This document shows positions 57,850-64,000 of a DNA stretch of 64,000 nucleotides, piece by piece. Below the pieces are notes generated by a model. It searched no databases, was not told the DNA's origin, and was given only the letters and a program-made list of their open reading frames with translations. The translations under genes and the position numbers were made by a program. This DNA comes from Candidatus Bathyarchaeia archaeon. GTDB lineage: Archaea; Thermoproteota; Bathyarchaeia; TCS64. Every line of letters begins with the position of its first letter. The first letter of the stretch is position 1. The stretch spans positions 96,001 to 160,000 of the forward strand of contig JBEKDF010000002.1 in the NCBI GenBank assembly GCA_050014495.1. The letters are read 5' to 3'.

Positions 57850-59082
57850 ATGAAGTACATCAATGTACCAGCATGGGAGTGGTACGGATGGAAACCTGAG
57901 CGCCTCTCCTTCCCCGAGGACTGGGACGTCAGTGTCCAGAAGATGAAGGGACATGACGCCAAGGCCCTGAACCAAGAAAAGATCAAAGATAAGATAATTC
58001 ATCCATTCGGCACGAAACCCCTTAGCGAACTCGCCAGGGGAAAGAGAAAATGCATCATCCTATTCGACGATATGACCCGCCCAACGAAGACGACTCAGAT
58101 GCTCCCAGTCGTCCTCGATGAGCTTCATCAGGGTGGCTTATCCGACGAACAGATTGTCTTCATGATGGCCTCTGGTGCTCACACTGGACGAATGCTCTTC
58201 GACTTCCAGAAGAAACTCGGAGAAGACATATGTGCTAGACACCTCGTCTTCAACCACAATCCCTACGATAGCTTCGTAGACCTCGGTAAGACGAGCTGGG
58301 GAACACCCATACTCATCAACAAGGAGGTCATGAGTTGCGACCTCAAAGTTGCGGTCAGCAGCATCATGCCCCATTTTGGCTTTGGCTTCGGCGGTGGAAG
58401 CAAGATGATCCTCCCCGGCGTCTCCGCGGTTGAGTCAATAAGCCCCAATCATGCTATAAAGAAGGGCACAGACCCTGGGAGGGTGAACAGTAACGAGCGA
58501 CGCCTCGACTCCGAGGAGGCAGCAAGAAAGGTTGGCGTTGACTTCGTCGTCCACTCCCTACTCAACGCTGCTTCTGATGTTTGTGACCTAGTCTCAGGGG
58601 ACATAATAGTCGCACATAGGGAGGGAGTCAGGCGCGCACGCGCCCATTATGTCACAAAGGTCGTTCCTGACGCTGATGTGAGCATAGGAAACACCTACCC
58701 CATGGCCAACGAAGGCTACAAGTCCTATCATATAGCCCTAGAGTCCGTCAGGAAGGGTGGTGATCTCGTCTATCTCCTTTACACTCCAGAGGGGTGTCGT
58801 GTCCACTTCTACAATGGTCGCTTCGGAACCGATTACGGAGGCGAGGGATGGAACCCGGAGGTCTACACAAAGAAGCCATGGAAGATGGGACGCGTTATCT
58901 GCGTCAGCCCGAGTGGATTAATGAAAGCGGATGAGCAATACTACGGCGAGGGATCAAAGTGGGTGAGAAAGTGGAGTGAGGCCAGGAGGCTCATGGAAGA
59001 GGCTCACGGCTCAAGCGCGAAAGTAGCCATCTATCCCACCGCCTCCATGCAGATTAGTGAAAAGAACGCTGGCTACGATTAG
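57850..59082 (+). CDS. LarA-family (nickel-pincer-nucleotide-dependent) racemase/epimerase
   Basis: DDMTRPT, ASGAH, NHN, TSWGTP, PHFGFGFGGGSKMILPG. Confidence 0.85.
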   Translation: MKYINVPAWEWYGWKPERLSFPEDWDVSVQKMKGHDAKALNQEKIKDKIIHPFGTKPLSELARGKRKCIILFDDMTRPTKTTQMLPVVLDELHQGGLSDEQIVFMMASGAHTGRMLFDFQKKLGEDICARHLVFNHNPYDSFVDLGKTSWGTPILINKEVMSCDLKVAVSSIMPHFGFGFGGGSKMILPGVSAVESISPNHAIKKGTDPGRVNSNERRLDSEEAARKVGVDFVVHSLLNAASDVCDLVSGDIIVAHREGVRRARAHYVTKVVPDADVSIGNTYPMANEGYKSYHIALESVRKGGDLVYLLYTPEGCRVHFYNGRFGTDYGGEGWNPEVYTKKPWKMGRVICVSPSGLMKADEQYYGEGSKWVRKWSEARRLMEEAHGSSAKVAIYPTASMQISEKNAGYD

Positions 59083-59238
59083 CAAAATAGTTCGCTAAAT
59101 ATCAGATAGAGATCAAACACGTCAGCAAACCATTAAAACGACTATTTCTCATGACACCGATAAATGTGACCAAGTCACCTAATCTTAAACTTCAAATTCC
59201 ACCGAACCAATCGATCTAATGCCCTTATCGGTGATTCT

Positions 59239-59658
59239 ATGAGCGGAATAATTCTAGTCCGAGACATCATGGCGAAGAACGTCAAGACTGTCCGCACCGA
59301 CGATAGCGTCCACGACGCCGTCGTTAAGATGAACAAATTCGACGTGGGAAGCGTAATAGTCACAAACAACAACCGCCCTGTAGGCATAATCACGAGTAAA
59401 AATATCCTAAGTAGGGTTGTCGAACCTCGCCTCGACGCCGGCACAGTCAGAGCCAAGGACATAATGAACAGCCCCCTTATCACCATCGAGCCGGACGCTT
59501 CGCTAGAGGATGCGGCAAAAATCATGTCCCAGAGGAGAATCAAGAAACTCGTTGTCATGGATAAGGACAAGATACTCGGCATCCTGAGTACAAGCGATAT
59601 AGTCAGAGCAAACCCCACACAATTAGGCATCCTCCAGGAGCTCCTCAAGATCAGCTGA
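59239..59658 (+). CDS. CBS domain protein (2 CBS)
   Basis: VRDIM, VGIITSKNIL, GILSTSDIV; GGTGA RBS. Confidence 0.9.
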   Translation: MSGIILVRDIMAKNVKTVRTDDSVHDAVVKMNKFDVGSVIVTNNNRPVGIITSKNILSRVVEPRLDAGTVRAKDIMNSPLITIEPDASLEDAAKIMSQRRIKKLVVMDKDKILGILSTSDIVRANPTQLGILQELLKIS

Positions 59659-59739
59659 GACGGGGTTTCAACACCTCTTACGCCGTCGCTTCACTCGCAC
59701 CCGTTAAACCTTTTACGTGTATGAGATGAGGTTACTCCG

Positions 59740-60291
59740 GTGTTTATGACCACAAGAATGAAGGACCCATGGGAGCGTCCAGCAACCAAACCAACGGATT
59801 ATCACTGCGTGGAGGCACGTAGAGGAAGAGAGTTCATAATCAGGATGACGACGGGAACCGACGTCTACAAAGCTCTCCAGCAGTTCGCTAAGGACAAGAA
59901 TATAAGATTCGGAAAAATACACGCCGCCTTCATGGGAGGCTTCGCTCCCGCCAAGATGTTCATGTGGACACCTGACACGAGGGACCGTTCAAATTGGCAC
60001 AACGAGACAGCGGCCAGCTTCGAGAACCTCAGCATGCTCATCAGCATGAACGGTATGATTCACACCCGCATAGTCGACGGCAAACCCGAACCATTCCCGG
60101 CCATTCACTATTGTGTTGGTGGCGCATGGGACGTGCCGACGGTCGGAGGCCATCTCGTTGAGGGGTCGATTGTGAGGGGCGTGGTCGAGGTCTTTGTAAC
60201 CGAGATACTGGGAATAGAGGAGATGCTTCCCTCTAACTACGATCCAGCAGTGGATGGAGCTCCAGAAGAGTGGTATAAAGAAATAAAATAG
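59740..60291 (+). CDS. DUF296/PPC domain protein
   Basis: LISMNGMI, IHYCVG, VGGHLVEG, EVFVTE. Confidence 0.75.
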   Translation: MFMTTRMKDPWERPATKPTDYHCVEARRGREFIIRMTTGTDVYKALQQFAKDKNIRFGKIHAAFMGGFAPAKMFMWTPDTRDRSNWHNETAASFENLSMLISMNGMIHTRIVDGKPEPFPAIHYCVGGAWDVPTVGGHLVEGSIVRGVVEVFVTEILGIEEMLPSNYDPAVDGAPEEWYKEIK

Positions 60292-60543
60292 ATCTAATCC
60301 CGTTTTTTTATTTAACTAAACAGTCATTTTATGTATCAATACATTGATAGTTTTTGACATATTTTTTACAATGTTTTAAATACTTTCAAAATATTAAACG
60401 TATATAAATTATTTGTATAGTAATTATCAAAAACAATATTAATCCCATTGCTTATTTACGCGTTTAAATTTAAGAATACCATTTCTTTAGGCTACAGAAG
60501 GGTTTCAGGTGCTGAGGGAAATCCCTCCATATTGGTGAACAAG

Positions 60544-60744
60544 ATGCCTGAATGTGAAATCTGCGGTGAAGAATCCGACAAGCTCATCAAATGCAAGTCC
60601 TGCGGTGCAAAGTTCTGTGAGGACTGTGGCTCTCCCATTGAGAAGCTCTGCGAGTTCTGTGCAGAGGAAGAAGAATTCGATGAGGAAGACCTGGAAGACG
60701 TCGATGAGGAGTCTGGTGTAGAGACCAAGGACGACGACAAGTAA
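60544..60744 (+). CDS. Small zinc-finger protein (4x CxxC) with acidic tail
   Basis: ATG 60544 after GGTGA; CEIC, CKSC, CEDC, CEFC, then an E/D-rich tail. Confidence 0.8.
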   Translation: MPECEICGEESDKLIKCKSCGAKFCEDCGSPIEKLCEFCAEEEEFDEEDLEDVDEESGVETKDDDK

Positions 60745-60830
60745 AATTCCCCGTCCATAAGAGGGAACACCCTTTTTAGTTGAAACCGAACCACAAAGCG
60801 TATCTCTATAGCCTCAAGGTTCTTTTAGAA

Positions 60831-61490
60831 ATGTCCGAGGAAAAGGTGAAGTTCTGCCCTTACTGTGGAACTCAAATTGACTATAAATACGCAGTATGCC
60901 CTTCCTGTGGGAAGCCTCAACCCGTTATTGAAGGGATCGTGGGAGCCAAATCCAAACCAAAAAAGAATCCGTTAATTGCACTTATTCTATCCTTGCTCCT
61001 AACTGGTGCGGGGCAGATATATCTTGGACGCTTACGTAGAGGCTTGCTTTTCCTTTTCTCAGTAATCCTCATAGTTATCATCTATAATGCTGGAATGACA
61101 TCGTTTCCTGGTTTGGCACCAACTCTAAACGATAACAATACCCTCGCAATCACTAAGGGTGCTACCATGAAATTCAACGGAACCACAATCAATTACCCGA
61201 TTGAGCCGGGGACCTTCAAACCTAGCGTTGGCAAGGATAATACCGTCCTTGAGACTATGACCGATTTTGGTAACGGCGTTCTTAACAATACAGCTGGTGG
61301 TACGGGCACCATTGACTACTCCACAGGTGATTTTAGTATTACATTTCATAACATTGCCCCTGCCAATGATGTTGTTTATGCAACTTACACTTACTACACT
61401 GACGATTACATGGTGGTGATAGGTTTGGTTTTCTCGATAATCTCCGCTTGGGACGCATACAGGTTAGCAAAGAAGATTAACCAGAGCTAG
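60831..61490 (+). CDS. Zinc-ribbon plus TM2-like membrane protein with an inserted extracellular beta domain
   Basis: FCPYCG...VCPSCG, KNPLIALILSLLLTGAGQIYLG, C-terminal AWDAYRLAKKIN. Confidence 0.8.
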   Translation: MSEEKVKFCPYCGTQIDYKYAVCPSCGKPQPVIEGIVGAKSKPKKNPLIALILSLLLTGAGQIYLGRLRRGLLFLFSVILIVIIYNAGMTSFPGLAPTLNDNNTLAITKGATMKFNGTTINYPIEPGTFKPSVGKDNTVLETMTDFGNGVLNNTAGGTGTIDYSTGDFSITFHNIAPANDVVYATYTYYTDDYMVVIGLVFSIISAWDAYRLAKKINQS

Positions 61491-61562
61491 TCCTACTCGC
61501 TGAGTAGTTTTTTCGACTGATTAAGTTTAAGAGGGGATGGAGAATACAGAGTTCGTCTCACC

Positions 61563-62687
61563 TTGGATAAAGTCGACGCTGTCATAATCGGCGCGGGTGC
61601 AGTAGGACTCGCAATAGCCGCGGAGATCACTCGAAAGAACCGTGACGTTTTCATCCTCGAGAAGGAGTCAGCGACGGGCCAGGGTGCAAGTAGCCGAAAC
61701 AGCGAGGTCATACACGCCGGCATCTACTATGCGACCGGGACCTTGAAGGCAAAGGTCTGCGTGGAATCCAATCCAATGATCTACCAAATCTGCGCCGAGA
61801 ACAAGGTGCCATACAAGCGACTCGGAAAGATGATTGTGGGGAACGGAGAGGACGAGATAAAGCAGCTTGAGGGCCTCATGAAGCAGGGGATAGATAACGG
61901 AGTCAACGACCTCGAACTAATCGACTCGGACAGGATAAAGCAGCTCGAACCAAGGGTCAAGGGGGATATGGCCGTACTAAGCCCCAGCACCGGAATCATG
62001 GACGCACACGGGCTCATGAACTACTACCTGCATAAGGCGCGTCGACAAAGTGGATCTGACCCACTTGTTCTCGACACCGAAGTAAGGGGCATTAAGCAAA
62101 CAATAGATGGCTATGAAGTCGAAACGATGAGCGGCGGGGATCCTTTCACCATTGAGGCGAGGGTCGTTGTAAACGCCGCGGGCCTCTTCTGCGATAAGGT
62201 TGCGGCGATGGCTGGAATCGATATCGAGAAGGCAAAGTACAGGCTTCACTGGTGCAAGGGTGATTACTACAGCTTGGTCGGGAAGCCCCCAGCCACGATG
62301 CTTGTCTACCCCCCGCCGTTGAAGGATACCTTAGGCCTAGGCATCCACACCGTACCGGACCTCACGGGTCGCCTAAAATTCGGGCCAAACGCCTACTATG
62401 TCGATAAAATCGACTATAAGGTGGAGTCTCCGGTTGAACCCTTCCTAAGTGACATAGTTACGTATCTACCCAGCATACGTAGAGAGGATCTCGGACCTGA
62501 TATGTCGGGGATACGCGCCAAGCTCCAGGGTCCGGGTGAGAAGGCTAGAGACTTCGTAATAGAGCATGAAGAAAATCGTGGCCTCCTGGGCTTCATCGAC
62601 CTAATAGGGATAGAGTCCCCGGGTCTAACCTCCTCGCCCGCCATCGCTAGGATGGTCTCGGCTATGTTGGATGAACTGCTCGATTAG
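61563..62687 (+). CDS. FAD-dependent oxidoreductase, L-2-hydroxyglutarate oxidase (LhgO)-like
   Basis: IIGAGAVG, SSRNSEVIHAGIYY, GIESPGLTSSPAIA. Confidence 0.9.
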   Translation: MDKVDAVIIGAGAVGLAIAAEITRKNRDVFILEKESATGQGASSRNSEVIHAGIYYATGTLKAKVCVESNPMIYQICAENKVPYKRLGKMIVGNGEDEIKQLEGLMKQGIDNGVNDLELIDSDRIKQLEPRVKGDMAVLSPSTGIMDAHGLMNYYLHKARRQSGSDPLVLDTEVRGIKQTIDGYEVETMSGGDPFTIEARVVVNAAGLFCDKVAAMAGIDIEKAKYRLHWCKGDYYSLVGKPPATMLVYPPPLKDTLGLGIHTVPDLTGRLKFGPNAYYVDKIDYKVESPVEPFLSDIVTYLPSIRREDLGPDMSGIRAKLQGPGEKARDFVIEHEENRGLLGFIDLIGIESPGLTSSPAIARMVSAMLDELLD

Positions 62688-62793
62688 AGTAGCATCGGAA
62701 ATCTCAGCTTTGTTGTCCCAATCCTTTAATATTCACGATTAGTAATCCTAAATACGTCGGTTTACAAATCCGTATCGTATTAGGTGCTATACT

Positions 62794-63108
62794 GTGCGGT
62801 TCTGCGATAAATGTGGCTCATTTATGGAAAAGTCTCCAAAGGGGTATCATTGCCAAAAATGTGGCTATGAGGTGAACCCCGGCGTCGTGGAGGTTACGCG
62901 CGATGATGAGCAGAAGGCGGAGCCTGTTTATGTCGTTAGGGGAGAGGAGGAGTCTGTGAAGGTGAACCAGATATGTCCTCAATGTGGGCATAGTGAGGCC
63001 TACCACCAGGTCCGTGTCGCCCTCGGTGAGCATGCTGGGGTTAACAGTGACAGGTATGTTGAGAGGTTCAAGTGTACCTCTTGTGGCCATGTCTGGGTTA
63101 CGAACTAG
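62794..63108 (+). CDS. TFS/RpoM-like double zinc-ribbon protein with atypical catalytic loop
   Basis: MRFCDKCGS...CQKCGY and CPQCGHSEAY...FKCTSCGHVW; lacks QTRSADE. Confidence 0.8.
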   Translation: MRFCDKCGSFMEKSPKGYHCQKCGYEVNPGVVEVTRDDEQKAEPVYVVRGEEESVKVNQICPQCGHSEAYHQVRVALGEHAGVNSDRYVERFKCTSCGHVWVTN

Positions 63109-63569
63109 GCCCAGTTCACTTTTACTTTAAATGGGATCCCCTGCTCGACACTCTTAGATACGATGCAGAATTCCTCGAAGAGGGCAACGCATCTCTCCAT
63201 TTGACTAGTATACTCCTTATCGACCTTCGCGTTGAGTTCTACGTCCATCTCGGTTATCCTCCATCGTCCCTTATCGTTACGAGTCATCCTCGCTTTGACA
63301 CTAGTTTTAATACCCTTTACATCCGCCCTCGCTTTCACTAAGCAGAATAGTAGGCTTGAGCTGAGGCAATTGCCCATAGCAGCGGCGAGGAGCATGGATG
63401 GGTTTGGACCTACACCCTTACCAAGAGGCACCTCCTCATCCGTGATGAGTGCCTCCATCCCAGCATGTCCGAAGTCTACCTTGAAAGAGTAATCCTGTAG
63501 TCTCTCCAACTCAACGGTGAGAGTCTTTTCTTCGCTCAACTCGATCTCTTTGACTGTTAGTTCTGCCAT
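63105..63569 (-). CDS. OsmC family protein
   Basis: DEEVPLGKGVGPNPSMLLAAAMGNCL...FCIVSKSV. Confidence 0.88.
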   Translation of the reverse strand: MAELTVKEIELSEEKTLTVELERLQDYSFKVDFGHAGMEALITDEEVPLGKGVGPNPSMLLAAAMGNCLSSSLLFCLVKARADVKGIKTSVKARMTRNDKGRWRITEMDVELNAKVDKEYTSQMERCVALFEEFCIVSKSVEQGIPFKVKVNWA

Positions 63570-63571
63570 GT

Positions 63572-63817
63572 TTAAGTCGATTTTGGATTGTCTTCACTTG
63601 GTTGTGATTGTTCAATATGTTCACTATTATGCTTACTCTCGGAGAGGAACCCGTAGCCAAAGAGGCAGAACCCAAGTATGACCCCTATATCGATGATCCA
63701 CTCGTTAGAGGGGTCATTTGTTTTAACAATCTGGTAAACCGTTGCGACGCAGAAGAGTGCGCATATGATAGCAGCGAGATACATGATGTTCCAGGAATTG
63801 ATCTTAAGTTTGACCAT
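63572..63817 (-). CDS. Small membrane protein (2 TM)
   Basis: Two hydrophobic helices; directly upstream of the OsmC gene on the same strand. Confidence 0.55.
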   Translation of the reverse strand: MVKLKINSWNIMYLAAIICALFCVATVYQIVKTNDPSNEWIIDIGVILGFCLFGYGFLSESKHNSEHIEQSQPSEDNPKST

Positions 63818-63897
63818 CGGTGTTCAACCAGATACCGTTTTTAGCGGGATTTAACCTTCCCGATATGGTTAAAGGTGCTGCACACCCCTCGTGTGAC

Positions 63898-64000
63898 ATG
63901 CCTGGCATGAGGAGAAAGGAGAAGGAGATAGTTGAGAGGAAGGTAATCGAGGAGATCCTCAAGGAGCAGGAAGTCGGCAGGCTCGCAACCTCGGTCGGTG
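63898..64000 (+). CDS. Pyridoxamine 5'-phosphate oxidase-like (NimA-like) protein; 5' part only
   Basis: MPGMRRKEKEIVERKVIEEILKEQEVGRLATS matches the MRRxxxEI...I..IL....GRLA N-terminus; runs off the window edge. Confidence 0.7.
   Translation, partial: MPGMRRKEKEIVERKVIEEILKEQEVGRLATSVG

Noticed and set aside
61..63844. Many short ORFs in the track that overlap the called genes in antisense or alternate frames
   Set aside because: Shadow ORFs of GC-rich coding sequence with no independent motifs.

Overview
Archaeal chromosomal window. GGTGA ribosome-binding sites, TATA-type promoters, an archaeal SRP RNA, HerA/NurA, archaeal DnaG and TyrRS, Nip7 and archease all point to an archaeon. The many peptidases, amidohydrolases and aminotransferases fit Bathyarchaeia, but this assignment is inference. 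Housekeeping genes (herA-nurA, SRP RNA, dnaG, gap, tyrS, nip7/Nop2-type methyltransferase, pckG, folC, hcp, bcp, archease, guaA) alternate with catabolic genes. The most unusual signal is a series of short alternating (CG)n/(GC)n tracts in AT-rich intergenic DNA. They are densest at about 29.3-39.1 kb, where they bracket single genes and sit exactly at the truncation points of three unrelated gene fragments (AOR, Fe-ADH, type III Res). This suggests a cassette-like DNA capture or shuffling process, although no recombinase gene is in the window. Also found: a two-hairpin H/ACA-type guide RNA with K-turns whose pockets match conserved 23S rRNA segments; a structured 5' leader of about 190 nt on dnaG; three ORFs lacking an in-frame canonical start codon; a TFS paralogue without the catalytic acidic dyad; and a TM2 membrane protein carrying a phage-structural-type domain. 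No rRNA, tRNA, CRISPR array, transposase or integrase was recognised.
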